DNA from: a virus | Strand: one strand, 5' to 3' | Length of the DNA: 64,000 bases | IMG/VR virus record: IMGVR_UViG_3300046777_001793 | Location: 32,001 to 96,000 of that record | Shown: piece by piece, positions 19,895-28,807 of the stretch | Layout of the letters: each line of letters opens with the position of its first letter | Numbering within the stretch: the first letter of the stretch is position 1 | Program-made: the position numbers and the translations under genes | Notes under the pieces: generated by a model | Told to the model about the DNA's origin: nothing | Database searches by the model: none | The model's input: only the letters and a program-made list of their open reading frames with translations

Positions 19895-20188
19895 TTATTT
19901 TAATCTCTTATTGTTACCTTTTCCGTTTCTTGCTCTGTTGCTTGATGCTTTTTCACTTACAAGTTTTCCAGATTTTGTATGAGATTTATCTTTGCCATCT
20001 CCATTACCATAAGTTCCATCTTTACGGTTTGCTTTATTCAAAGATTCTCTGTAGTTTTTTCTTTCTTCAGTAGAGTGATATGCTTTATTGTAAGCATTCT
20101 TTTTAGCTCTTGCTTCAGGATTTTCTTGAAAATATTTTGCAGACTTTGAATTACCTTTCTTAGAACCTGCCAATCCGTTTCTAGCCAT
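19895..20188 (-). CDS. very basic small protein with degenerate HNH-like motif
   Basis: GDGKDKSH...SSNRARNG; Lys/Arg/Asn-rich. Confidence 0.5.
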   Translation of the reverse strand: MARNGLAGSKKGNSKSAKYFQENPEARAKKNAYNKAYHSTEERKNYRESLNKANRKDGTYGNGDGKDKSHTKSGKLVSEKASSNRARNGKGNNKRLK

Positions 20189-20808
20189 TAGTCATTCCAT
20201 TCTTGAAGTAAACAATATGTAACTGATTTTTGATCCTTAAAGAACTTATTAATTGTTTGATTAAACTTTTGTACATCAGGTACAACCTGACATCCAGCAG
20301 ACCAACCATTAATATCTTCAGGAACATAAGTGGATTTAGAATCAAAAGAAACTGTGTGAAAATTAATACCTTTCCATTGAAACGTATTTAATGGTCCAAT
20401 TTCTTCAGCTTTATTATCTCTATCTCCATCTCTATATCCAAGGAATTTACCAATTTGAAGTAATGCTGGCATTTTTTTCAAATGCATTCCATATCTCCAA
20501 ACTCCATAGTACCACTCATTAGCTTTAATGACAGCAGCACCAACTTTGTTGTATTTTAGAAAACCACCTTTTAAAATTGGAACACCTGGATTTGTAGTTC
20601 CATGAAGAAGTGTAACAAATTGCTCACCACAAAAAATATAAAACTTATCATCATATTTATTTGGAGCATCTTCATTAGATCTAACACCAACTATCCAATA
20701 GTTTGATGGTAAAGCCTGAAAAGAAGGTAAAGATTTAACTCTATCTAATATTTCAGTATTTGTATATGTTCTTACACTAGTTTTGCTCATTGCTAAATCC
20801 GTCTTCAA
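20188..20808 (-). CDS. putative endolysin (L,D-transpeptidase/YkuD-like)
   Basis: GTTNPG, GINFH and WSAGCQV His/Cys motif; adjacent to holins. Confidence 0.7.
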   Translation of the reverse strand: MKTDLAMSKTSVRTYTNTEILDRVKSLPSFQALPSNYWIVGVRSNEDAPNKYDDKFYIFCGEQFVTLLHGTTNPGVPILKGGFLKYNKVGAAVIKANEWYYGVWRYGMHLKKMPALLQIGKFLGYRDGDRDNKAEEIGPLNTFQWKGINFHTVSFDSKSTYVPEDINGWSAGCQVVPDVQKFNQTINKFFKDQKSVTYCLLQEWND

Positions 20809-21004
20809 CTGTTAATTGACTAATTGCTGCTATTGTACCACCTATTGTTGCTAAATATCCTGATGCTGTAACAATAACAGCTGGAAGTGCTACTGGTGAA
20901 GCCATAATTGCCGCAGAAACACCTGCTGCAACTAAACCTATACTTTGAACCTTTTTCCAAAACTTTGGTGTTGGAGAACTGATTCTTTCTAATAATTTTT
21001 TCAT
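20777..21004 (-). CDS. holin
   Basis: SPTPKFWKK followed by two hydrophobic helices, ending ISQLTVED. Confidence 0.7.
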   Translation of the reverse strand: MKKLLERISSPTPKFWKKVQSIGLVAAGVSAAIMASPVALPAVIVTASGYLATIGGTIAAISQLTVEDGFSNEQN

Positions 21005-21068
21005 AGCTTATTTGTTTTTTGTAAAAGTAGCAAAATAAAAAATCCTCTCAAAAGAGAGGACTAATTAT

Positions 21069-21548
21069 TTATTTATTCTTTAATGTGGATAAAAATGAAT
21101 CCGAGATTTTTATGAATGAGTTCCTCAAATACTTTAAGAACTGTGTGATAATGTCATAGTCTTCAACATCTTTCTTAGTTCTTATAGCTATTGAGTTACT
21201 TATTATACTTATTGTTTCACTACATATTAAAATTTTAATAGAGATATTTACAAGTAATTTGAAGTCATAACCTAAACCTTTTCCTGTTAATGCAACAACC
21301 ATTGGAATTAAAATAAATGTAATCTTTGCCAGAAAACCTAAAAGTAAAATCTTAAATTTAAATTGACGGTAATCAATTCTAAAGGTTTTTACTGTACCAA
21401 AAAGTGTATCAATACACATTAAGGTTGCTAAGATTGTAATTGCTTCTATATCTATTTTTAGATACATAAACATTCCATATAAGAACATTTTTAATTCATT
21501 TGTTGATTTCATTATTATATTAAACATTTTAAATAGTTTAGGTTTCAT
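21069..21548 (-). CDS. phage holin (Phage_holin_4_1-like)
   Basis: Three TM segments; IDTLFG and ETISIISN motifs. Confidence 0.65.
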   Translation of the reverse strand: MKPKLFKMFNIIMKSTNELKMFLYGMFMYLKIDIEAITILATLMCIDTLFGTVKTFRIDYRQFKFKILLLGFLAKITFILIPMVVALTGKGLGYDFKLLVNISIKILICSETISIISNSIAIRTKKDVEDYDIITQFLKYLRNSFIKISDSFLSTLKNK

Positions 21549-21551
21549 AAT

Positions 21552-22040
21552 TTACAATGTTTGATAATTTCTTAACTTACACCAATTAAACAAATCTTCA
21601 GGTGACATTTTGAAATAATCAGGAATCTCATAAACCCAAGCTACAAATTCAGAACAATACATTTTTTCTTCTTTATTTCCTGCTTCTTTCCAGTTACCTG
21701 TTAATAATTTCCAGGGTTGTCTAATTAATAGACTTTCTAAATCATAAGCAGTATGTCCAACTTTTGATAAAGCTCTTTTTGATATAACCTCACCATCTTC
21801 TTTAGTCAAAAGCGGATTTCTATTTATGATGTAAAAATACTTATATTTTTTTTGCCATTCTTCAAATGGTCTGACATTTACTCCGTCTTTTTGCGCATCA
21901 ATAATATAAGGTTGCCCCCATATTTCAATATACAATGCTGTATGAGAAACTTTAGATTTAGTAAAAAGTTTTATCAGTTTACTAATCAATCTGTTTCCAC
22001 TACAATGTAGTATATCTCCAGGTTTTAATATTGTTTCCAT
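21552..22040 (-). CDS. permuted papain-like amidase (YiiX/NlpC-P60 superfamily)
   Basis: LKPGDIL, SHTALY, AYD, YCSEFVA, SPEDL; His precedes Cys. Confidence 0.75.
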   Translation of the reverse strand: METILKPGDILHCSGNRLISKLIKLFTKSKVSHTALYIEIWGQPYIIDAQKDGVNVRPFEEWQKKYKYFYIINRNPLLTKEDGEVISKRALSKVGHTAYDLESLLIRQPWKLLTGNWKEAGNKEEKMYCSEFVAWVYEIPDYFKMSPEDLFNWCKLRNYQTL

Positions 22041-22041
22041 T

Positions 22042-22284
22042 TTATAATTCGTATAAATTTTTTATTTCACTACTTACACTTTCTAATTGATTAAATTTCT
22101 CAAATAATATTGGTGTCATTAATTCAATTCTTTGAGCTATTTGTGAATCTACATCTGATTTATTTTCTAAACTACAATTAGAAGCAATAAAATCTTCTAT
22201 TTCTGGATCACTTGGTCTTAAACTTAAATTTATAAAACCGTTTTCATCTATATAATGTGTTGAAGTTAATATAAATTTTTTCAT
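22042..22284 (-). CDS. hypothetical protein (possible fibre chaperone)
   Basis: Small ORF directly after the fibre-like gene. Confidence 0.45.
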   Translation of the reverse strand: MKKFILTSTHYIDENGFINLSLRPSDPEIEDFIASNCSLENKSDVDSQIAQRIELMTPILFEKFNQLESVSSEIKNLYEL

Positions 22285-22295
22285 GCATTTAAGTT

Positions 22296-23915
22296 TTAAA
22301 AGTTATAAACACCAAGAATTTTAACATCAAATCTTCCTGAAGAAGATACACCACCACCACCTGTACCCATAGATCTACCAGCTTGATAAGCAAGTAATGT
22401 TGAAGCATCTGGTAAGTTTGTAGTAATAGTTCCTTCAGCAATAGCTCCTGTTTCTCTATTAATTACAGAATATTTAACTTCAGATGAACCTGGAGCATTA
22501 TAAAACCTTACATAATACATAGTTGTTGAAACAGCTCCTGATGTTCTATTAGCAGGAAAACCAGAACCTAAATCAATTTTAGTTGCTGTTCCTGATGCAT
22601 CATTATGCATTATTTGCAAGTTGGCATCACCTGAATCATTTGCTAAAGCAATAATATTTGTTAATGCAGAAGGTTGTAAATTACTTATAGTACCTATAGC
22701 TAGGTTTGTTACTGATGAAGTTAATCCCCAAAAATTATGAGCACCTACTGCATAATTTGTATCTGCTATACCAAATTCACCTACAAATAAAAATCCTGCT
22801 GTGATTGACCATAATGCTGCTGATGTTCTCATACAACAATAGTTTCCTGTTCCAGTAACAGATGGCTCAAAACGCATTGTTATTTGTCTTGTCCTAAAGT
22901 TTGTAACAGCAACTGTGTTTGCACCTTGAGTACCTGAAAGGTTATTTGTGATACCACCTAATGTATCTATAGTTGTAGAGTTAGCTCTAAAAGTAACACC
23001 TCTAAAAACTTCATTACCTGTTAAATCAGGGATTAAACTTTGAGAACTTGCTGGTGCTATTGGAATATTTAAAGTATCATCAATTAATGTTGCTGCACCA
23101 GTTCCTTCAGTAGTAAGTGTAAGTAATGATGAAATTTTTGCATGTTTCCAAAGATTGTCTGCGGTATCTCTATAGAGTACACCTTTGTTAATATAAGTAG
23201 GTAATGATACATCATGTAATTCATCAAGTTCATAACCATTTTGAACTTTAACAAATATTTCACCGTTGTTTACATTTACTCTAGTTACAACACCAAGATA
23301 AACTAAATGTGCTGGAGCAACAGGTTTATTTGCTAAACCGTAAATTAAATTACCATCTATACCTAACCAAACCGGATCATTTACTTGAGCTAAAGAAGTG
23401 TCTAAACCTTCAAGTCTTCCTTCAGTAATAACTTTTCCAATTCCATTTAAAGCAAGGTCTTGAAAAAGTAAACCTAATGTTTTACTTGATGTTGCTTCAC
23501 TAGCATTACTAGCTTTAGCAACAATTACATTTGTTCCATCTGAACCAGATACATAAACAGCCTGACCTTTAGAAATTGCAACACCTGCTTTTACAGTTTG
23601 TTGGATTTTTTCTGAAGGTAATGTTTCAGGTTTATTTAAAATAAGTGCATCACCTGAAACTGCATTCCAATCTGATTGAACATTTGCTTCAGCTCCTTCT
23701 TGTATTCCAGTTAATTTAGTTTTTTCTGCTGCAGAAAATAAACCTGCGTTTGTACTGTCAGCTAATAAAATAGTTGCATCACTTCCTGAATCTGAAGTAA
23801 TAACTCCATTTGATATACCTGGAACAAATGCTAAGTTAGCACCACCCCCAGCACCACCAGAAGGTGCTTCATAATAGTCTAACTTTCCTGTATGTGGGTT
23901 GTACTTGTAAGGCAT
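22296..23915 (-). CDS. fibre/decoration-like structural protein
   Basis: NVQSDWN..GDALILNKP fibre repeat, ISKGQAVY capsid-cement-like domain, GYELDELHDV, beta-rich C-terminus. Confidence 0.6.
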   Translation of the reverse strand: MPYKYNPHTGKLDYYEAPSGGAGGGANLAFVPGISNGVITSDSGSDATILLADSTNAGLFSAAEKTKLTGIQEGAEANVQSDWNAVSGDALILNKPETLPSEKIQQTVKAGVAISKGQAVYVSGSDGTNVIVAKASNASEATSSKTLGLLFQDLALNGIGKVITEGRLEGLDTSLAQVNDPVWLGIDGNLIYGLANKPVAPAHLVYLGVVTRVNVNNGEIFVKVQNGYELDELHDVSLPTYINKGVLYRDTADNLWKHAKISSLLTLTTEGTGAATLIDDTLNIPIAPASSQSLIPDLTGNEVFRGVTFRANSTTIDTLGGITNNLSGTQGANTVAVTNFRTRQITMRFEPSVTGTGNYCCMRTSAALWSITAGFLFVGEFGIADTNYAVGAHNFWGLTSSVTNLAIGTISNLQPSALTNIIALANDSGDANLQIMHNDASGTATKIDLGSGFPANRTSGAVSTTMYYVRFYNAPGSSEVKYSVINRETGAIAEGTITTNLPDASTLLAYQAGRSMGTGGGGVSSSGRFDVKILGVYNF

Positions 23916-23917
23916 AA

Positions 23918-24163
23918 TTATTGAATTGTAATTTTTGTAACTCTTGATCCATCTACTAATGGATTTTCATATTCTATATTTTCAATTACAGAACCTTTTC
24001 TTGTATCAGCACAATAATGTTTAATTTGAGTAACATTAGTTGTTGTTCCACCATACGTAAATTCTCTAACGTATCCTGGTGAATTTTGTATTTCTATAAG
24101 CTTTGAGTTTCCTTTACCCAAAAGCATTAATAAATTTGTCTGAAATGATCTATCAAAAAACAT
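23918..24163 (-). CDS. hypothetical protein
   Basis: ORF leading the fibre gene. Confidence 0.5.
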   Translation of the reverse strand: MFFDRSFQTNLLMLLGKGNSKLIEIQNSPGYVREFTYGGTTTNVTQIKHYCADTRKGSVIENIEYENPLVDGSRVTKITIQ

Positions 24164-24209
24164 AATCTTTGTGTTTACTTAATAATATACAAAAAAATAT
24201 TGGAATAAA

Positions 24210-24240
24210 AAAACCCCTACCAAAGGTAAGGGCTTTTTTT
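24210..24240. terminator. hairpin terminator after groES
   Basis: CCCT-ACCAAAGGT-AAGGG stem flanked by A- and T-runs. Confidence 0.5.
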
Positions 24241-24521
24241 TAATAGATTGCAATCACATCAGATTCTTTGGCGACATAGTAAATTTTACCATTCATGTCA
24301 AAGGTATCACAGTAACTTAACTGCTTTGGTGTGATAAGGACTTTATCTCCTACTTTTACTTTCTCAACATCTACTCCTGTAAAAGCTACAGGTAATTCAG
24401 AGAATTTTTTTACAATCTCATCTTCAAGTTGTTTTTTTGCTTCTGGCAATAACTCAATTCCTGAAGGTCTTTCTTCAATCACAGGTCTTTCAATAATGAC
24501 CAATTTTCCTAAAAATTTCAT
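24240..24521 (-). CDS. groES: GroES/Cpn10-like co-chaperonin
   Basis: MKFLGKLVII, SGIELL mobile loop, VKVGDKVL, YYVAKESDVIAI. Confidence 0.8.
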   Translation of the reverse strand: MKFLGKLVIIERPVIEERPSGIELLPEAKKQLEDEIVKKFSELPVAFTGVDVEKVKVGDKVLITPKQLSYCDTFDMNGKIYYVAKESDVIAIY

Positions 24522-24524
24522 TTC

Positions 24525-24791
24525 TTAATATTTAAGAGTTAATACTTTAACTACACTCATTTGTGCATTTAACACTTCACCGATCGCATGATTATAAAGT
24601 GTATCTGCTAATGGAGAAGCACCCAGATTTTTTGCTCTGTACTCTTGTTCCAAAAGATCTGCTGCTTTAGCAAATAATATTTTTGCTTGTGCTACTTTAT
24701 CATCTGCTGAAGGATTAAAATTTAATCCTACCAATTGCTCTCCAAACGTTAGAGATCTTACTTCTACTTCCATTTTACCTTCTACTACCAT
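24525..24791 (-). CDS. Acb2-like helical-hairpin protein (putative cyclic-oligonucleotide sponge)
   Basis: TFGEQLVGLNFNPS.DDKV..AK..FA...AIGEVLNAQMSVVKVLT, the Acb2/Tad1 hairpin pattern. Confidence 0.55.
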   Translation of the reverse strand: MVVEGKMEVEVRSLTFGEQLVGLNFNPSADDKVAQAKILFAKAADLLEQEYRAKNLGASPLADTLYNHAIGEVLNAQMSVVKVLTLKY

Positions 24792-24792
24792 C

Positions 24793-24888
24793 TTACTTAG
24801 ATTTTGTGATTTTTGTTTTTACTATTACTAAATGCTGAAGCCATCCTTTTAAAGCTTCAATCTTTGCTTTGTTTCCTGTTTTACTCAT
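24793..24888 (-). CDS. 31 aa basic peptide
   Basis: MSKTGNKAKIEALKGWLQHLVIVKTKITKSK fills the gap with 1 nt spacing on each side. Confidence 0.5.
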   Translation of the reverse strand: MSKTGNKAKIEALKGWLQHLVIVKTKITKSK

Positions 24889-24889
24889 G

Positions 24890-25507
24890 TTATTTGATTT
24901 TTGATAAGTTACGTAATCTTTCCAAAACATCTTGGCCATTGTGGCCATCAAAAGGATATTTTGCTTTTTCTTCTACAGGTATTTGGAATAAATCCCAATC
25001 TTCTTCTTTGTAGTGATTGGTTATCATTCCATCTGGTAACATTGCTACTACAATAAACCATCCGCCACCAAAACATTCTTTTCCATCATGATGTTTCCAT
25101 GACTTATGAACATCATATTTGCAATGATTATATGGTTGCCCTGTGTTTTTCCATTTTGGATTCCACAATTTATTTGCAGCCCACTCATTGAACAATGCAG
25201 CATTGTACATTTTTCTGAAATCATACAACTCATTGTATGTATGGTATCCATCAGAAAATTCTCCAATCTCTGCTTCAGTTGCATAAGTCATTTCAAAGAT
25301 GTCTGGTTTGCATGCGTAAAACTCACCCTTTACCCCTTTTATAACATAATCTTCAAGACTTGCTCTCATGCTACCTTCCAATGTATGAATAAACAATGCA
25401 TCACCTTGGAACTCAATATCATTTCCTGCAAATGCTCTAATTTCATTTGCATTTAATCCTGTCCATTGAACAGCTTCTATTACTACTGGTTTCTTTGCGT
25501 ATTTCAT
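24890..25507 (-). CDS. two-domain fusion: Acb4-like (KKPVVIEA) domain plus WDGH-type domain
   Basis: Start reassigned to [15 protein letters not shown]; TLEG...[23 protein letters not shown], then [11 protein letters not shown]...HHDG...GWFIV...HY...WDLF...FDGH. Confidence 0.65.
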   Translation of the reverse strand: MKYAKKPVVIEAVQWTGLNANEIRAFAGNDIEFQGDALFIHTLEGSMRASLEDYVIKGVKGEFYACKPDIFEMTYATEAEIGEFSDGYHTYNELYDFRKMYNAALFNEWAANKLWNPKWKNTGQPYNHCKYDVHKSWKHHDGKECFGGGWFIVVAMLPDGMITNHYKEEDWDLFQIPVEEKAKYPFDGHNGQDVLERLRNLSKIK

Positions 25508-25508
25508 A

Positions 25509-25862
25509 CTACTTTTCATTTTTACCTTCAACTTGTCTTCTCTGTCTATCCTTAGTTCTTGCATCTTGCCAATGAATTGCTTCTTCAATCTTTGTGATTG
25601 ATAAAGCATTTTCTCTACAAGGAAAAGCTTCATTTAGACTTTGAAATAAACATTTAACATATTTCAACATGTCTAATGCTTGACAACCATTTACACCCAC
25701 TTCAGAAATAGGATCTGATTGAATTGTAAATTTCACTACTGGTGCAACACCTTTTACATCTTCTGCATTTTCAATTTGAATAAAATTTATTAAATGCATC
25801 TCTTGTGATGTGCTATCCATTTCTCTTTCAAGAAGATTTCTTGCTTTTTCTACGTGCCTCAT
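25509..25862 (-). CDS. tad1: Tad1-family anti-defence sponge protein
   Basis: [13 protein letters not shown]...[34 protein letters not shown] matches the Tad1 C-terminal signature (RENA.A.T..EEAL.W...R..DR..R.V.G). Confidence 0.8.
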   Translation of the reverse strand: MRHVEKARNLLEREMDSTSQEMHLINFIQIENAEDVKGVAPVVKFTIQSDPISEVGVNGCQALDMLKYVKCLFQSLNEAFPCRENALSITKIEEAIHWQDARTKDRQRRQVEGKNEK

Positions 25863-26251
25863 TATTTATTTCTTTTTCTGTAAGACTTCAAGATTGCTAA
25901 GTAGTTGATTGCATCATCAATAGTATCATCTACCGCTTCATCTTTTACCATTCCCTCTTTATCTAACAATGTAGATATGCGTGACATTTTATCCATTAAT
26001 CTCACCAAAATTCCACGTTCAACCGGAACACCAGCAATTGTAGAATTTCTAAAGTTTGCATAAGGATCTTTGTTACTACCCCCATAGTCATGATTTTTTC
26101 TTACTGCTGTAGCAAGACAATCAGAAAAGGTTTTTTCCATGTCATGAAGTAATGGGTTTACTTCTAACTTCTTAAGAGTTACAGGTCCGCAAACAGCTCC
26201 AACCTTTGCTTCAATTTCTGCAAGTTCTTTTAACACTTTTTCTTCAGCCAT
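25862..26251 (-). CDS. DUF1599/Nmad1-like all-alpha nucleotide-associated protein
   Basis: KNHDYG...ANF...VRLMDKMSR...EAVDDTIDDAINYLAI. Confidence 0.7.
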   Translation of the reverse strand: MAEEKVLKELAEIEAKVGAVCGPVTLKKLEVNPLLHDMEKTFSDCLATAVRKNHDYGGSNKDPYANFRNSTIAGVPVERGILVRLMDKMSRISTLLDKEGMVKDEAVDDTIDDAINYLAILKSYRKRNK

Positions 26252-26253
26252 AT

Positions 26254-26685
26254 TTATTTTATTAATTGGTTACTTTTTAATATTTCACATACTTGCTCAA
26301 AAATCCATTCAGTCAAGTATGCTTCAAACTCTACTTCTACCTTATTCAGAAAGAAGATTCTTCTTATGTGTTGCATTATGTGTACAATCTCATGAACCAA
26401 TGTTTTTAAAATATTATCATCAATCTTTCTAATCACCAATGACAAATAATAATTACCTTCTTCAGTCTGATAATATTCTACATAAGCATCTGTGTAAATC
26501 TTTACATCATCATATCCATCAAATACCTCATTGACTAATTTATGCATATCCTTATCAAAATGTTTGCGTAAACTTTTCATATTTTTTACGCCACATATAA
26601 ACAAGAACTCTTGATTAATCAAAGGTATCTTGATAGACTCAACTATCTCATTTGATTTTGTAGAATTTCCCAAGGATGTTTGCAT
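26254..26685 (-). CDS. zincin-like metallopeptidase
   Basis: TLVHEIVH followed by EFEAYL. Confidence 0.6.
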   Translation of the reverse strand: MQTSLGNSTKSNEIVESIKIPLINQEFLFICGVKNMKSLRKHFDKDMHKLVNEVFDGYDDVKIYTDAYVEYYQTEEGNYYLSLVIRKIDDNILKTLVHEIVHIMQHIRRIFFLNKVEVEFEAYLTEWIFEQVCEILKSNQLIK

Positions 26686-27070
26686 TTAAAAATTCATCAC
26701 TCTCCAATACACCATAAGCAAATTGATATTTACACTCCATGTAAGTCAACTCTGTTGCAGAGAAACAGATATGTAACATATCACGCTTTAGCACAATACC
26801 ATCTTTATGGGCTTGTTTCAATATCTCATTACTACTGAAATAATTTTGATAAGCAGCTTTTTTCTGAATAGTGTATTTTTTCAAACGCTTGTCTGTTACA
26901 GCAGCCAATTCCCTTTTACCCATCTTCTTTTTTGTCTGTGAATAAAAGTTCTTCTTACCAATATATCTCACAGACTTTCCATCAACAATACCACTTATCT
27001 CATAGATAAATCCTACTGCATTATCTGGAATGTCACTATCCTTAAACTCTTTACCTTGATACAACCACAT
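26648..27070 (-). CDS. GIY-YIG family nuclease
   Basis: GFIYEI...RYIGKK, ELTYME, FLNANI. Confidence 0.7.
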   Translation of the reverse strand: MWLYQGKEFKDSDIPDNAVGFIYEISGIVDGKSVRYIGKKNFYSQTKKKMGKRELAAVTDKRLKKYTIQKKAAYQNYFSSNEILKQAHKDGIVLKRDMLHICFSATELTYMECKYQFAYGVLESDEFLNANILGKFYKIK

Positions 27071-27189
27071 AAATAAGAATTATTATAATTAATACTACTA
27101 TGAACAAAAAAGGAACAAGACATCCACCATGAACTCTACCCTCATAATCATCCCAATCATCCAATCCCTGTATATAAACCTCATTGTAT

Positions 27190-27435
27190 TTAAAATCTGT
27201 GTTTTGCTCTTCTGCCATAATTTAATGTTTGTTTACTAAATGCGTGTGTTGTACTAAAGTGATGTGCTGAAACAACAAAGTCATGTGGATTTTTGTATCT
27301 CTTTTCCACTCTTTGTCCAACTGCAACCTCTACAAACTTTGGAAAAAACTGATTAAGTTCTACTCCTATGCAATACGTTCCTATAAAAAGTTTCTTCTTG
27401 CACATATCACTAAATACAGTAATTGCTCTAATCAT
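27190..27435 (-). CDS. hypothetical protein
   Basis: Probable start MIRAITV coupled to upstream stop. Confidence 0.4.
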   Translation of the reverse strand: MIRAITVFSDMCKKKLFIGTYCIGVELNQFFPKFVEVAVGQRVEKRYKNPHDFVVSAHHFSTTHAFSKQTLNYGRRAKHRF

Positions 27436-27692
27436 CAGCTCCCACAATTTAAACAACCCTCATCATCATCTTCTTCCGGATGAGTTTCAATTCTAGGATT
27501 TAGAATTTTTTTCAACTCATAAATCTCCTGTTGTATATCTCCATCCTGGAAAATATCACCAGTCAATTGCGTTCTCAATTCCGCAATCTTTGCTTTGATT
27601 TCATTTTCTTCCATACTTTCTAGCTCTTTGTACTTTTTTAAACATTCTCTTACCTTCCTTTTCCATCTTGTGTTTCTTATACTCAAACTCAT
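27435..27692 (-). CDS. hypothetical protein with C-terminal CxxCGS
   Basis: Coiled coil, acidic stretch, then CLNCGS; start uncertain (27692 or 27614). Confidence 0.5.
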   Translation of the reverse strand: MSLSIRNTRWKRKVRECLKKYKELESMEENEIKAKIAELRTQLTGDIFQDGDIQQEIYELKKILNPRIETHPEEDDDEGCLNCGS

Positions 27693-27731
27693 TCATTGGA
27701 GCACATGCTGAAATAAAAAGAAACAATATCA

Positions 27732-28253
27732 TTACTCTATACATTCCTTCTTTTTAAATTTTTCAAACACATCAAACACCTTATTCTCAAAAACCTTTCT
27801 CTTTCTTGACAAAAATGGATTCAGCATATAACACACACGCACCTCACCATAAATCCTACCCTTAATCTGATATAACACCCCAGCAGAAACCAAACGTGTA
27901 ATCAACTTCATAAACATGCTCTTTGATGAAATCTCTAAATACTTTTGTAGAGATTCATTTGTATGAGGTATAGTATTATTAAATACAATGTTCAAAGGAG
28001 TCTTTGTAACAACACTCATCTTAATCACATTTGCAAGATCACTATTGTTCAACAACTTTGTTAATTCCAATAAAGCTTCAGTTTCTAATACAGCATAATC
28101 ATTAGAAGTAATCATACTCATACCAGTTTCCTTACTCACATTAACTCCTTCAGGAACTTCAGCCAATACCTTAACCTCACCTGTAACCTCATCTACATAA
28201 GATTCCAAATCTAACTCCACGTTACTCTTTAAGGACTTTACTTTAGCACTCAT
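27732..28253 (-). CDS. RepL-like (plasmid-type) winged-helix replication protein
   Basis: VDEVTGEV N-terminal motif, HTH LQKYLEISSKSMFMKLITRLVSAGVL, CYMLNPFL. Confidence 0.65.
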   Translation of the reverse strand: MSAKVKSLKSNVELDLESYVDEVTGEVKVLAEVPEGVNVSKETGMSMITSNDYAVLETEALLELTKLLNNSDLANVIKMSVVTKTPLNIVFNNTIPHTNESLQKYLEISSKSMFMKLITRLVSAGVLYQIKGRIYGEVRVCYMLNPFLSRKRKVFENKVFDVFEKFKKKECIE

Positions 28254-28282
28254 CTGTCATTTCATTTACAGGACAAATATAA

Positions 28283-28382
28283 CTAAAAATAACACTTTTG
28301 TGCTAAAAATAACACTTTATTTTTTACCCAGGTGCTAAAAATAACACCTGTGAGCCTTGTGAGGTGCTAAAAATAACACCTG
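28283..28382. repeat. four iteron-like repeats CTAAAAATAACAC
   Basis: Copies start at 28283, 28303, 28335, 28367; the last two are extended to AGGTG-CTAAAAATAA-CACCTG. Confidence 0.85.
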
Positions 28383-28807
28383 ATAAAAACCCCCACAACC
28401 CTTGAAAACATTGGGCTATCCCCCCATCCTAAGCAAAAACGTACTTATTCTTATTTAGGAGCACATGATGCTAACGCTATAAAGAGAAATTCATGTGTGT
28501 GGCGGAGAATGGGTATATTGAAAATTATGGATATAATGGTGTGTATGGGTCCTTCCATTATTTGCCCCCCGGGCAAACACAATGTCAGGTGTACCCCCTA
28601 GGCAAGCAGCAGGCACAGAGGTTATTGTTATAGCATAATGACATTAATTTTCTCCAGGGAAGAAGTTTGTGTGCCAGAGGAGAAGGGTGCTTGTCAAGAG
28701 AGTGCTTGGGAAGCAGAGCAAGAGAAGAGAGTGACACAGGAAGGAAGATGCAGGGCAAGGTCTTATTCTATATTAATGACCTCTCGGTCATTTTAAATTT
28801 TATAATT

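Noticed and set aside
25508-25633. N-terminal extension of the 247 aa ORF in the track
   Set aside because: Overlaps the Tad1-like gene; the domain begins at ATG 25507
28667-28807. N-terminal extension of the 107 aa ORF
   Set aside because: TTG start in an atypical purine-rich tract; ATG 28808 has the usual A/T-rich leader
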